64,000 bases of DNA from Octopus vulgaris (lineage: Eukaryota), in contig OX597827.1 of NCBI GenBank assembly GCA_951406725.2, positions 54,622,001-54,686,000 on the forward strand, in the 5' to 3' direction. Of the stretch, positions 38,150 to 52,051 are shown piece after piece (position 1 is the first letter of the stretch; the number at the start of each line of letters is the position of its first letter). A program made the position numbers and the translations under genes. The notes beneath the pieces are model-generated. The model worked only from the letters and a program-made list of their open reading frames with translations. It did no database searches and was not told the origin of the DNA.

Positions 38150-38420
38150 TGGCCTTCAAGGACCTCTGAGCCTGGTGGAATCACGGCAGCTGGCATTCTT
38201 TATAAACAGCTGCAAGATGTTGGCAACAGTAAGAACATGAACAAGGATATATTACCGGAGGCAAAAGCATTCTCAGGGAGAAGGATAAAGGTTAGTGGTT
38301 AGTGAAAGGCCTGGGGTGAGGTAGTGGACACATTGAGTGACAAGGAAGGAGGAGACGAGTGAGCAAGCTCTGAGGAGTAGAGGCCATCGAAGTAGCAGTA
38401 GAAAAGATGGAGAGAGGAGC
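38150..38420 (-). mobile_element. LINE ORF2 C-terminal relic (Jockey/CR1-like)
   Basis: Minus strand LSIFYCYFDGLYSSELAH resembles the L..FY.Y..G.CS.EL motif. Confidence 0.55.
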
Positions 38421-38479
38421 ATGCATGTTTCTATTATTTAGTCCCATTCCTTTACATTCTGATTTCAAATTTCACTATA

Positions 38480-38677
38480 CTCTTTGACTGCGGCCATGCT
38501 GGAGCACCGCCTTTAGTTGGACAAATCGACCCAGGACTTATTCTTTGTAAGCCTAGTACGTATTCTATTGGTCTCTTTTGCCGAACTGCTAAGTTACGGA
38601 GACATAAACACATCACCAAGCAATGTTGGTGGGGTGGGGACAAACACAGGCACACAAACATATACACACACACACAT

Positions 38678-38729
<52 letters not shown>

Positions 38730-38820
38730 CGGGCTTCTTTCAGTTTCCGTCTACCAAATCCACTCACAAGGCTTTGGTCAGCCTGAGGCTATAGCAGAAG
38801 ACACTTGCCCAAGGTGCCAC
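38480..38820 (-). mobile_element. CORE-like SINE
   Basis: Family match. Confidence 0.85.
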
Positions 38821-39639
38821 ACACACACACACACACATACATACAACAGGCTTCTGCATAGTTTCCATCTGCCAAATTCACTCAAGAGGCATTAGTCGGC
38901 TCTAGGACAAAAAAGAGAAGGCATGGTCATGAATGAAATGCTTTTGATCACAGATTTGTGTTCTGTAAGAACTGACATAGAGCTAAGACATCAATAACAA
39001 CCATCACATCATGCAAAGTTGTATTGAAAACAGCGGGAGTTGGAGCACTTTATGCAATTGACAGCTGCTTTGTTAGTTTATGCAGCGATGAGCTCAAACC
39101 TTCCTTCTCATCAAGTACATAAAAAAAGCTTGTGATGTAGCTGAAACATCCAGGATGTCTGAGCACATGGCAGTGTAAAATATATCTCAGCTGCTTAAAA
39201 TCTGTTTATCCATCAGCAGCAGTTACATCATCATTTGGTAGATAAAAATAAGAAATATATAAAAAAAAGAAATTTTGAAAAAGAATCCATTTTCCCCCTT
39301 TTGAAATATTTTTGATACAATGAAACACATTGTGGCTTATGGCATTAATGCTAATTTAAACATTGTTGTAAGGATTATCTCTAGTTTATTTTGAGTGATT
39401 TCTCTTATATTGTTTTAAATCCCTTGAGGTTTTTGCTATTCTGGAATTCTTACAATGTTACTGAAGATAGTAGTCTTATGTACCGAACAGGCAGATTTTT
39501 TTTTTTTTTTTTTTGCTTGTAACCAACTGTAAACTTCAGAGATAAACTAAATTATTTAGCTTTTATGCATAACAAAGTGGAAAATAAATATAAAAAGAAA
39601 AGCCGTGTGCATGTTAATGGTAGATATCCTATGTAAGTA

Positions 39640-40765
39640 TGCACACGCAATACATATATGCTAATTTGTGGATTCACACATTCATGTATGCACTCATATT
39701 TAGACACACATACATATTTATTTGTATGTATGTATATATACACACACATATATACACACACATATATATACACACACATATATATATACACATATGTATA
39801 TACACACACACACATATATATACACATATATATATATACACACATACATATATATATATATATATACACACACATATATATACACACATATATATACACA
39901 CACATATATATATATACATATATATATACACACACATATATATATACACACATATATATATATATATACACATATATATATACACACACATATATCTATA
40001 TACACACATATCTATATACACATATATATACACATACACACACACACACACACACATACACACACACACATTTATGTATATATACTTGCATGCTTACGTA
40101 TGCATTTGTGTTCTCATATTTACACACGCATACTAAAGCACTTCATTATATAGTTGCATACTTACTCATGCGTGCGTGTGCGTTTGCATATTTCAGTATA
40201 TGTACCTAGGCACTTGCATATTCACACACGCCTGTATGCACTTGCAGATTTACATGCTCGTACATTTACTCTTGAATACACTGGTATGCACACACACACA
40301 CACGCACACAAATTAAAGTGCATGTACATACTTGCTCACTCAGTGATGTTTTACTTCCTTCTCACAGATGCTTGTCTATACATGCATGTATGCACTTGCA
40401 TGCCAATGCATGTGTACACATCTCTACTACCCCCCCCCACACACACACGCACACATACATATGTATACATACACACACATTCATTTCTGCACATGTATGA
40501 ATATCTACACTTGCCTTTATACAACAGGTTACATGCAATACGTATATATGTATTCATGTATGAACTTGTGTGCATTTGTGTATGCATTTTCTTACACAAA
40601 GTATTACACTTGTATACAAATACATGCAATTTACATTGTACACACATACATATATACACACACGTGTACCAATACCCACATGTATATGTATGCATACATT
40701 AACAAACTCACTAACATACCCATGTACCAATAGCCACTCATTAACACAGGCACACTCATGTACAT

Positions 40766-40807
<42 letters not shown>

Positions 40808-40810
40808 CCC
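39640..40810. repeat. Degenerate (TA/CA/TGCA) low-complexity tract
   Basis: Seen directly; source of many H/T/Y/I ORFs. Confidence 0.95.
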
Positions 40811-41027
40811 AGTCTTAGCAAAATAAGCTAAATGTCAACTTCCTGAATGAAGAGGATATCCATTGATAGAATAAAACCCAAATATAGTGGAAGTGACCTT
40901 GAAGCTATTTAAAATCACATAAACTTACCACTTTTATTTTATTATTTCCACTTTTATTATATTTCCAATTTCTTTTATTTCCACTTTTATTTTGCTTTCT
41001 GTATTAATATCAAAAACTTACACCCAT

Positions 41028-41418
41028 AGGTGTAGGCATGGCTGTGTGGTAAGAAGCTTGCTTCCTAACCACAAAGTTCCTGGTTCAGTCCCACTGCATG
41101 GTACCTTGGGCAAGTGTCTTCTACTATAGCCTCGGAACAACCAAAGCCCTGTGAGTGGACTTAGTACACAGAAACTGAAAGAAACCTATCATGTGTGTGT
41201 GTGTTTGCCTTCTCCCCATGACTTGACAAATGGTGTTGTGTTATGTCCCTGTAACTTAGCAGTTCAGCAAAAAAGGAGACCTATAGAATAAGTACCAGGC
41301 TTAACAAAAAAACAAAAATAAAAATAAGTACTGCTGTCGATTCATTTGACTAAAAATTCTTCAAAGCAGTGCCCCAGTATGGTCACAGTCTGATGACTGA
41401 AGCAAAAGATAAAAGATA
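41028..41418 (+). mobile_element. CORE-like SINE
   Basis: Family match. Confidence 0.9.
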
Positions 41419-41419
41419 A

Positions 41420-43707
41420 CCTAGTCTCCATAAGTTCATAAGTTCAAATCAACTATAAGTATTTCATGGTTTACTCTACATTGCTTCAGTTTTTTTTTTT
41501 TTTGTAGTATTTGTGAAACTGTTTCTAAGGTATTTAAGTTGTCTATAATAATTGTTGCAATTAAATTTTTACAATTATTCTTTTTAATTATAAACTCGTT
41601 GATAACTAGAAACGTTTCAAATGAATCATTTATCACCCCATTCTTCCAGATGTTGATCTTTTTAATGAAACCCTCAATTTTATCATTCGAAGTAAATATA
41701 TTGCTGTTCTTTCCTTGAAGAGACAAGTTGAGATCATTTAGTTTCTCAAAAAGATCTGACAAATAACATAAATTTGAAAGCCATAAGTCATTTTGCAAAA
41801 GAGCAGCAAGATCAGATTTTTGTTTGGTTAAAAATATAATAGTTTTGTTTTTTAACAATAATTTGTTTAAACTTCACCCTCTTGACAGCTACCTTACTTC
41901 TGCATGTAATAATGAATCCATGTCTTTATAGAGATTTGAAAATAAACGGCTGTTAAGGGCATGGCTTCTAATAAAGTTTATAATTTTGATAACATCCTGA
42001 AGTACATCAATTAAATCCTTTTTTTTTTGTTTTTTTTTTTGCTGCAAGGGTCTCTCGATGGATCATGCAGTGGATAAAAGTAACATGATTATTACCAACA
42101 CCTTTATCAAATGATTTAAAACCAATATTTTTGTCTGTCATTGTTTTTGCATTATCTGTGCAAACTTCAATACAGTTTTTCCATTCCAAACCTTCAGTTA
42201 TAAAAAATTCGTCAACTTTACTATATACATCTTTCCCTCTTGTATGTTCTTCCAAAGGATGACAAAATAACAATTCTTCATTGGCTTTTTCTTTATAAAT
42301 GTATCTGACGTATACTTACAATTAAGCCATTTTTAAAATATCAGTTGCTTTGACCAACTGAATTGCAAATTTTGGGTTTTCTTTAAGTGTAATAATTTAT
42401 TGCTCAAATTTGTCGTTGTTTATTTCAGTAATTCTATTGGTGACAGTGTTGTTTGACAAAGGAATTTTCCAAATTTCATCACCATATTTATTTCTGTGAA
42501 GTATTTCTACCATCTTCATAGCAGCAAGTAAAAAAAGTAATAAAAGTTTTTCCCCAATGGTGTATGGCTTTTTATTTTTAGCTATTAGATATGAAACTTC
42601 ATATGACACTAATAAATATTTTTTGTTTCTAGAGATAAATTTCTCAAAATTTTGTTTTTCTATTTAGGTTATTGACATATGAGGGATGTTTGGATTCAAG
42701 ATGGCATTTTAATTTTCAAGGTTTCATACTATCCACTGTCAAAACGTTATTGCAAATTAAACAAAGATGTTGTTCTATACCAACACTATTATTAAAAGTA
42801 AAGCCGAATTGGAGAAACAACTCATCATATTTTCTTTTTCGCATCTTAGGTGCTGCTCTCTGATTACTAGGTCCTATTTGAACAGATTTTGTAGCATTGC
42901 CATCTGTGTCATTACTTTTGTTACTCAAGTTCAGCCATTTATCCATGAGTAAAAATATTTTAATTTTGTAATATAAATAAAATGATATTTCATAAAATAA
43001 TTATTATGAAATAATTTAAATAAATACCGACCTCAATCAAATAAAACAGTAACTTGTATTGTTATTTATACACTTACTAGCAGTATCACCTGGCGTTGCT
43101 CGGGTTTGTTTCGACCCTTTAAAATTGGAATTTTTGACAAGTAAAACTTTTGCATTATGTAGCTTGTTATTCTCTTTAAGTGAACATTTTTCTGGTTGAA
43201 ATACACTGAAAAATGGCGACACAGCAGTCAAAAAATCGTACAAGATAGGGATTTTCATAGAAAAAAAGGGACCTTTTTGATGTAAATAATTTTTGGTCTT
43301 AACATGGTCCGATTTGAATTTTATCTTCTACGGAATGAAGAGCAAGCCTTCTTCTATCATACTCTCAATTTTGGTCAACTTGTGCCGCAGGGCCTCGGAG
43401 GAGATAGTGTTAGATAAAGGCTACCAAACCTGCCACACAGACAACTTCAGCTTTATATATATATATAGATTAAGCTGAACACAATCAACCAACTACACTG
43501 AAAATACGTTGTCACTGTAGTAGTTGCAATGGTGCCGCACCTGCATTTTATTACCGCAGTGCTTGCATGGTGCATCACATTATATATTGTGCACTTTTGA
43601 AATAACATATAAACTGAAATTCAAGTGTTTGAATTTAATATTCGTGACCCCAGCATTTTGCTTCATGATCCCATTTGGGGTCATGACCCATAGTTTAAGA
43701 AGTGCTG
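41420..43707 (-). mobile_element. Degraded hAT-Charlie/Buster transposon (ZBED5/SCAND3-like transposase fragments)
   Basis: ORF pieces 42716-42946 (BED finger CLICNNVL...SMKP), 42397-42609 (SYEVSYLIAKNKKPYTIGEKL), 42007-42273 (VCTDNA...HCMIHRE), 41436-41858 (YLSDLFEKLNDLNLSLQG); 5' end CAGCACTTCTTAAACTATGGGTC at 43707. Confidence 0.92.
43077..43469 (-). mobile_element. Non-autonomous Helitron
   Basis: Minus strand starts TC, has a subterminal hairpin (CCCGAGCAACGCCAGG), ends CTAG, and sits between A and T with no TSD. Confidence 0.85.
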
Positions 43708-44602
43708 AGATAGACAATCATGGCTTGAATGCCTTTATTCATACATCTGCTGAATTGGAGACGATCCAGGGCTGAACAACAGTGTGATTTAAATTTAGAA
43801 TGCAAAGGAATGAAACTATAAATTGTAAAGCATTCATTTCACATGATGCATATTTGTTTCTTCTAACTGCTAATCCTTTCATCATCATCATCATTATTTA
43901 ACATCCATGTTACATGTTGACACGATTGGAAGGTTTGCCAAGATCTGAGGAATCCAAGGATTGTATGATGCTCCAGTGTCTGCTTGGGTATGGTTTCCAT
44001 AGCTGGATGCTTCGGTTAATGCCAACCACTTTACAGACTGTATTGTATGCAGTTTCTTTTTCTTTTTTTGTTCCACCAAGACAAGTGAAGTTGCCATCCA
44101 GCTCACAAAACTATGAACCCTGACAGGTGCTGTTGACTTTATGCTAGGAGATAGGGATGGGAAAATGAAAGTGAGAGAGGGAAGAACAGGTGGAGGAGCT
44201 ACATGGCTACTCATATTTAGAAGAGAGGGTTAGAATTATTAAAAAACTGCTGCAAAAAGATAAACGGTGGTGATGAAGTGTCCAGCTGGTTCTTCTTTTA
44301 TGTGATAAAATTAATTGATGGTAATATATTGTATATATATACTAGGCCATTACCTGTCACTATGTTGCCAGTAAAATATTTGTTAATCATCCATAAAGTG
44401 AAAGTCTGTGTTGCATTGTTTATTTGTTGAAAAACATACAGAAATACACACACACATCGACAAAACAAAACTTTGTGTATTATATGTATACATATAGTCT
44501 TTTTTTGAAGTGTGTGTTGCGTTATGTTGACAGTTGCACTTAAAATTCCTATATTTTTAATCAAAACTTGTTAGTTACTAAGATGACAACACTATCTAGT
44601 TA

Positions 44603-44682
<80 letters not shown>

Positions 44683-45553
44683 GCTCTCTCTCTCTCTCTC
44701 TCACTATATTTCTCTCTCCACATCTTTTTCTTCTCCCCTTCTTCCCTCTCTCTACACAGATGTTGTTACAGACAAACAAAACGGAGATCAGGTTCTCTAT
44801 TATAATATGATTTAACCAAAATGACTTCTTGTTACACTGGCATGAAACCTTTCAAAATTCTTCAATGTGAATGTTTTGAGCCTGGTTGCCATCACTATTT
44901 TGCTACTAAAATGTCTCTCATTGTTGGTATTTGCTAGTATTTGGCTGGAGTTTTATAAAAATATCTATTTATAAAGATTGCTAAACACCTGACTGAAGTG
45001 TAAACTAATCTTCTAAATACTAATTTATCAAGACCAAGAGATTAGCTGTGTAAAACTTTGGTTAAAAACCGTATTTTAATATATTTAGCAAACAGCCTCT
45101 ACTGATATTAAATTCAGTTAGTACTAAATTACTGATAATTTCTAGAAAAAGGAAGGAAAATAGCTGATATAAACCAACCAATCATTTTACATCAAGTTTT
45201 AATCTTGCTAGTTGCATGAGTTTACAAATTTTTAATTTAGCACAATACAATTGCATACATTATGCTATTTTCTTTTCATTACCTTCTGATATGAATCTTG
45301 CAGCTTAGTAGCTTAAAGCAGGTGGGGAAAATACCTTGTAAAAATTTATCGGAAGTTTGAATTCTTGATATCATTTATTAATTTGTTGTGCTTTTTTACA
45401 TGTTATGAGATAAATACTGAAAACTGTATTTGCAAGGCAAGTCATTTGGTCTGAGACTGCGTGTTGAAGCGGAATCATGCATTTGGTGCAAGGAATATTT
45501 TGACAGCAAATGATAAATGTTCCACCCCTTATCATTCAGATTACTCTGTCAAA

Positions 45554-45712
45554 TTTTTTTTTTCTCTTTGTTTCTTTCTGTGTTCCTTTCTGTGGAAGAG
45601 CGTAGGCTCGAAACGTTGAAGACTTTTTCAATTCATGAGCGTTATACTAATACATCTGTTTGTTTTCTATAACACCTGTCTTTGTCTTTCGTTTTTTTCG
45701 TGAATTCTCCCC
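45554..45712 (+). mobile_element. Penelope-like pLTR fragment with hammerhead-like motif (45586-45621)
   Basis: cttt-CTGTGGA-a-GAGC-gtag-GCTC-GAAACGTT-gaag; inserted into a piggyBac-like MITE piece (CAAAT on both sides); related tail at ~53020-53062. Confidence 0.6.
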
Positions 45713-45748
45713 AAATGTAATTAATGCTTATTTGTTCAAATTTTGCTG

Positions 45749-45972
45749 TTTTGGGATGGCCACTTTTTTTTTCTTTTTGCCAAAGAAACACGTGCACTAT
45801 ATATTTGTTCTTCACTTGTTTATTTTTGTTTTTATTATATCTTATGCCCATTGTCAGACAATGGACAAAAGATAAAATAAGAACAACTAAAAAAAACATT
45901 AACAAACAAGTAAATAACAAATATATTGTGCATGTGTTTATTTGGCAAAAAAGAAAAATGACCATCCCAAAA
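45749..45972. mobile_element. Foldback/MITE hairpin
   Basis: Arms TTTTGGGATGGCCAC... / ...TGACCATCCCAAAA; centre CCATTGTC-A-GACAATGG. Confidence 0.75.
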
Positions 45973-46055
45973 TATAATGTTTCGATACAGTTTCACATCA
46001 GGGATCTTGGAGCCCAAATTCATAAACATTTATGCAAATTATTTTCAATTATATA

Positions 46056-46226
46056 GGCATAGGAGTGGCTGTGTGGTAAGTAGCTTGCTTACGATCCACA
46101 TGGTTTCGGGTTCAGTTCCACTGCGTGGCACCTTGGGCAAGTGTCTTCTACTATAGCCTTGGGCCAACCAAAGCCATGTGAGTGGATTTGGTAGATGGAA
46201 ATTGAAAGAAACCCATCGTATATATA

Positions 46227-46285
<59 letters not shown>

Positions 46286-46447
46286 ATGTTTGTGTGTCTG
46301 TGTTTGTCTCTCCAACATCGCTTGACAACTGATGGTGGTGTGTTTACGTCCCCGTAAAAGAGACCAATAGAATAAGTACTAGGCTTACAACGAATAAGTC
46401 CTGGGATCAATTTGCTCAACTAAAAGCGGTGCTCCAGCATGGCAACA
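46056..46447 (+). mobile_element. CORE-like SINE
   Basis: Family match. Confidence 0.9.
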
Positions 46448-46544
46448 GCATGGACAACAGACTTTAAATGATGATACTCTTTTACTTGTTTCAGTCATTT
46501 TACTGTGGCCATGCTGGAGCACCACCTTTAGTCAAGCAAATCAA

Positions 46545-46749
46545 GCAAATGCACATATTGGCAGCCACTGAGGGATATGCTCAACTGGTTAAGGTCAAAC
46601 AACTGACAAGCAAATCTGTGGTATTAAGCAAAATATTTGCTGTAGCCCGTCTTTTATACCAAGTCAAAACAATGTACATGATAACACTTCCAATCATTTA
46701 AGATCAGAAGCCATGAGAGCCACTGCCTGGTACTGCATCAGGGCATTTA

Positions 46750-46783
<34 letters not shown>

Positions 46784-46800
46784 CATCATTATTATTATTA
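46545..46800 (+). mobile_element. Probable LINE 3' end with (TAT)n tail
   Basis: Non-SINE segment ending CATCAGGGCATTT followed by (TAT)n. Confidence 0.45.
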
Positions 46801-46809
46801 TACACACAT

Positions 46810-47330
46810 TTTATGACACTCGCATGAGTTGGCTTGATCTTGTACAGCATATCGTCACTTGTGGTTCTTTGTTGTCGTCTTTATGATTTTTGACCTCCTG
46901 AGATCAGCTCTTACCAATTCTCTTGTCGTCCTTGGTTTTTTTCCTCTTCTACATGTTCCCTCCACTTGGATTGCTTGGCACTTCTTTTCTTTATACTCAC
47001 GTGTCATCCTCTATTCACGTCACACGTACTCACTAGCATAGTCTTTTCTCTTGCATGCTATATCTAATTTCTTTCACACCCAGTCTTGCTCTTAGTTCAT
47101 TCATGCTTTTTCGTTCATGCAGATTAACATTACACATCCAACAGAGCATGTTTACCTCATTACTTAGTTTTTCACTCATCATCCACATTCAATACCAATG
47201 TTTCAGTACCATGCAACATTGCATTTCACACTTAAGCATTATACAATCTGCCCTTCACTTAGAGTGAAAATCCCTTTGTTGTTTGCAGTAGAAATACCTC
47301 TGAACTTTTCCTAACCCATTCTTATTCTTG
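46810..47330 (-). mobile_element. RTE LINE C-terminal relic
   Basis: Minus strand QVEGTCRRGKKPRTT...LVRADL resembles VEG.R.RGRP..W. Confidence 0.65.
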
Positions 47331-47384
<54 letters not shown>

Positions 47385-47609
47385 TATTTTTTCAGCAAAA
47401 TATTTCTGATGTTCTGGTAAACTTTAATCTTTTGGAAGCTATCTCAGTCACAATGAATGTACAGTGTTTCTAATACAGATTTTGGAAGCTTTTAGTGAGG
47501 AATTATTCATGAAAAAATAAAAATATTGTATAGATTATTTCTCACATATATGCATCACCACAATTTTTTAAAACTTGTCAGTTGATGTTTTAAAATTATT
47601 TATAATCAC

Positions 47610-48007
47610 AGGCACAGGCATGGCTGTGAGGTAAGAAGCTTGCTTCCCAACCACATGGTTCCAGGTTCAGTCCCACTGCATGGTAACTTAGGCAAGTGTC
47701 TTCTACTATTGCCTTGGGCTAGCCAAAATCTTGTGAGTGGATTAGGTAGATGCTGGAAAAAACCCTTCATATATATACATGTGTGTGTATGTTCATTTGT
47801 TGTTGTCCCCCCTCCCCCACAACTGCCACTTGACAACCAGTGTTGGTGTGAACATCCCATAACTTAGTGGTTCAGCAAAGGAGACCGATAGAGTAGGTGC
47901 CAGGCTTAACAAGGAAAATTAAGTACTGGGATCAATACAGTCAACTAAAATTCTTCAAGGTAGTGCCCCAGCATGGCTGCAGTCTAATGACAAAACAAAT
48001 AAAAGAT
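47610..48007 (+). mobile_element. CORE-like SINE
   Basis: Family match. Confidence 0.85.
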
Positions 48008-49313
48008 AGAAGATTAAATTAGGTATTTTTTCAAAAAAGCGCTTTCAATACATTTTCTTTAGAAGTGTAACTGTGTAAATGAAAGTACTGTTTTGTGTAT
48101 TTAGGACATACCTAGCAAATCCTGGCTTGGCAAGGTATCTCTATGGTTAGCACAAAGATAAAGGCTGAAGGAAGAGGTTCTCTGGTAAACTGAGTGTTGC
48201 ACGACTTCTGCTAAAACAAATCATGATCTTTAGTTGACATATGATATAGAGATTGTTCTACACCATATGGTGTAGTGTGTGTGTGTGTGTGTGATGATTG
48301 AAATATATTTAGAGCCATCCATCCATGTGGTTGTTAATCTCATATTAATCTACTTATTTATTCTCATTGGTAACACCTGGTTTTGATAATTACAATCAAG
48401 TCAATTTGAAGATCTTAATTTTTTTGTGCACCGTGTCTGTGTATGTATAAATGTGTGCATTCATGCACACACTCATTTTAAGAATGAAATTTTTTTTTTT
48501 TTTTTACGAAACTCACAAGGAATATTTTGAGGGGCAGCGTATGTTTACTTTAGCTTGTGTTGGTGAAATGACAAGAAAAATATTTAGTATGGTTTTAAAA
48601 ACAGAAATGGAATGGATGAACCAAAGATTGCTCACTTCTGTGAACATCTCTGGAATGTAGGTGGAAGACTTAATTCTCATCTCCTACAGAAGAGATTCTT
48701 TTGCCTGCCAAAATTCTATTAGGTCCCATCATCTTTTATCTCTGCTTTATAATTTTGTATTAAAATTAATATATTTTGGCTGTTTAAGTTCAGATATTTT
48801 CCTGTTTTTTTTTTGGTTTTTTTTAAAGGTTCCTGCTGATGCTATTCAAACTAAACACCTAGCATTTGAAAAAAACCATTTTGTTATTGTTATTTAATTG
48901 TTAGACTTTATTTTTGTCAGTATTGTTTAACAAACAACTTAGCAAGTTGTCAACCAATCTGGAGATAACTCATATAAAATAAATATTAGTGGGAGTACAA
49001 TTTACTTCTGAAGCTAATAATAATAATAATAATAATAAAAACAAACAAACAAAAAAAACACTCAGAAAATGTTTGGAACTGCCAAGATTTGAAAAACACT
49101 GTTATGAAGCAACTGGTGAGATGTATACCAGCTGTGTTGAAGCTTGCCATGTGCAGACATGATATTAATGTTGTTATTGCTGCTATACATTCATCTGAGG
49201 ATATTTTTTTTCTCTTTCTCTCTTTATTTTTAAACTAATCTGCTTGCCCAGTTGCTTGGTTGGTCACATTCTCTATCAACAGCATTTCTGATACACAAAT
49301 ATACACTCTAAAA

Positions 49314-49691
49314 CAGTGTTTCTCGACCATGTTTTACACGTGGACCCCTATCATTTCATTTTTTTTTTTTTTTTACTCAGATGGACCCTCCTTGGCCATT
49401 TAATGTTTTAAAAAAGTCATATATTTTTTATAATGCTGTTAGTAATTGTATTAAAAAAATTAAAATGCTTTACTTTAAAAAATTTTTTTTTTTACTTTTT
49501 TACTTGTTTCAGTCAGTTGACTGCGGCCATGCTGGAGCACTGCCTTTAGTCGAGCAACTCGACCTCAGGACTTATTCTTTGTAAGCCCAGTACTTATTCT
49601 ATCGGTCTCTTTTGCCGAACCGCTAAGTGACGGGGACATAAACACACCAGCATCGGTTGTCAAGCAATGCTAGGGGGACAAACATACACGT

Positions 49692-49773
<82 letters not shown>

Positions 49774-50020
49774 GACGGGCTTCTTTCACTTTCCGTCTAC
49801 CAAATCCACTCACAAGGCTTTGGTCAGCCCAAAGCTATAGTAGAAGACACTTGCCCAAGATGCCACGCAGTGGGACTGAACCCGGAACCATGTGATTGGT
49901 AAGCAAACTACTTACCTCACAGCCACTCCTGCGCTTGTTTTGTGTATTGTTGAAGTATAGCCAATTTATTGCAGATAAATTTTAACAAAATCTTATATGG
50001 ACCCTAGTTGAGAGCCACTG
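49314..50020. mobile_element. hAT MITE with nested CORE-like SINE (49493-49934, minus)
   Basis: TIRs CAGTGTTTCTCGACC / GTTGAGAGCCACTG; imperfect TSD CTCTAAAA/CTTTAGAA. Confidence 0.8.
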
Positions 50021-50041
50021 CTTTAGAATAAAGCACCTAAT

Positions 50042-50450
50042 AGGCACAGATGTAGCTGTTTGGTAAGGAACTTGCTTCCTAGCCACATGGTTCCCGGTTC
50101 AGTCCCACTGCGCTGCACTTTGGGCAAGTGTCTTCTACTATAGCCTCAAGCTGACCAAAGCCTTGTGAATGGATTTGGTAGACAGAAACTGAAAGGCGAA
50201 CTGGCAGAAACGTTAGCACGCCGGGCGAAATGCTTAGTGGTATTTCGTCTGCTGCTACTTTACGAGTTCAAATTCCACCGAGGTCAACTTTGCCTTTCAT
50301 CCTTTCGAGGTCGATAAATTAAGCACCAGTTACGCTCTGGGGTCGATATAATCGACTTAATCCATTTGTCTGTCCTTGTTTGTCCCCTCCGTGTGTAGCC
50401 CCTTGTGGGCAGTAAAGAAATAAGAAATTGAAAGATGCCTGTCGTATATA
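50042..50450 (+). mobile_element. CORE-like SINE head with nested Meta-like SINE (~50194-50423)
   Basis: AGAAACTGAAAG / AGAAATTGAAAG duplicated around the nested copy. Confidence 0.85.
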
Positions 50451-50487
50451 AACACAGACACGGCAGAAATAAATAGATACCCTTATA

Positions 50488-50853
50488 ATCTTGCTATAAT
50501 GTGCATTATGTCCGTCTATCTGTCTAATCCCTCTTCATGGTCAAATGGCTGAACCAATGGTCTTGATGTTTTTCAGGATAACAAAGGAGGTAATCAGGAA
50601 GGTTTTTAGTGAAAAAATGTGAAAAAGTATGATTCTTTAGTGGATATTGAGTGTAGTTGTTCAGTTTACAGGCGTAAAAAAAAAAAAAAATTAATTAAGG
50701 GGGAGATAACTAATAAAAGAAGCAAAGTTAAGTAAGTCTACTTCTTACTATAATGGGCAATATATCTGTCTGTCTGTCTGTTCCTTTTCATGGTCAAATG
50801 GCTGGACCAATGGTAACAATGTTTTTCGGGATTACGAAGGAGGTAATCAAGAA
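50488..50853 (+). mobile_element. Two tandem Helitron-like 5' fragments
   Basis: TCTT.CTATAAT...(CTGT)n...TTCATGGTCAAATGGCTG.ACCAATGG repeated at ~50490 and ~50743. Confidence 0.55.
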
Positions 50854-51124
50854 AAAAGTCCTGGGGTGATTTGTTTGACTAAAACCCTTCAAGGTGGTGC
50901 TCTAGCATGGCCACAGTCAGCTGACTGAAATAAGTAAAAGAATAATAAAGAACTGGAGTTTATAAAATTGATTATACTCCTTTGTGAATTTGAGACAGTT
51001 GTTAGTGTCTTAGACAAAATACCTTGCAGTATTGACCCTTTGCATTCAGAATTCAAGTCCCACTGGAGGTCAACTTTGCCTTTCATTCTACTGGAGTTAA
51101 TAAAATAAAGTATGGTAGGCTTAA

Positions 51125-51345
51125 CCCTTTAGCATTCAGATTAATTTGTCAAATAAAATGCTTGTTTATTCACATTGTTTTGAATTAATTCATACATTAT
51201 CTCCTAGCTTTGAGATTTTGGTGGTGTGATTGCTTATTTTTAGAATGACATTGTAGGGTTAGCACACGAGGCTGGAACAGACAGTTTTTAATAGAAAACA
51301 AGTAGAATATTTGGGCCAGATATGGCCAGTTTGAATGCTAAATGG
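51125..51345 (+). mobile_element. piggyBac-like MITE, family A
   Basis: TTAA TSDs; TIRs CCCTTTAGCATTCA / TGAATGCTAAATGG. Confidence 0.88.
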
Positions 51346-51553
51346 TTAATCCATTTGAACATCAGCACCTGGCCTTTAGATACCTCTAGCAGAGTTCACT
51401 CCACTACAGGTATGTGGATCAGGTATGTGGTTTAAGGATAAGGGTCTCCTTTCTTCTCACTTGCCATAGAGGCCCTAAATAGGGAACATGGGCATTGGCC
51501 TTCCTTCCCTGACTTAGTGATTTAAATAAGACAAAACTTTGTGTGTGTATGCA

Positions 51554-51585
<32 letters not shown>

Positions 51586-51601
51586 CGTATTTGTATATAT
51601 A

Positions 51602-51975
51602 TCTATTATATAAAATCCGTTCTGTCTGTTTGTTTATGTGTCTTCTAGGATCTCGGGCATCCTCCATCCGATTGTGCTCAAATTTGATATGTAGATACCA
51701 ACGGTATCAGGGCGTGTATAAGTCTTGAAAAAGTTACAAAAATCGATTCTAGGTGAGAATGCGATCGATAAAGCCATGGGAAATCGTTTTTCTTTGGAAT
51801 AGAAAAAAAGTCTATCTTTATTTCTTCTTTTGCTGGTGTCTCAAATTTAGGTTAAATCAGTGTTTCTCAAAGGGGAGGCCTATGGGAAGGTCGGGCAAGT
51901 TGTTTTGAGAAAATCTGGTTTAAATGTTTGACAACTCAGCACCATCCATTGGACGGTGGGGGGGGGGGCGTTTTG
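51602..51975 (+). mobile_element. Helitron-like 5' fragment
   Basis: A|TCTATTATATAAAAT...CTGT start; inverted copies at 52746-52915 and 61205-61575. Confidence 0.7.
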
Positions 51976-52051
51976 CTTGTGTGTTATATATATATATATA
52001 GAAATAAAAAGTCAAGATAGAAAATGCTAAAATAATTTTATAAAAACTTTT

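Noticed and set aside
39030-39240. Unique segment with CAGCTG boxes as possible exon 2 or enhancer
   Set aside because: No polypyrimidine acceptor, weak donor, no recognisable peptide
41436-42946. Domesticated ZBED5/SCAND3-like host gene
   Set aside because: Multiple stops and frameshifts plus a retained transposon end indicate a dead transposon
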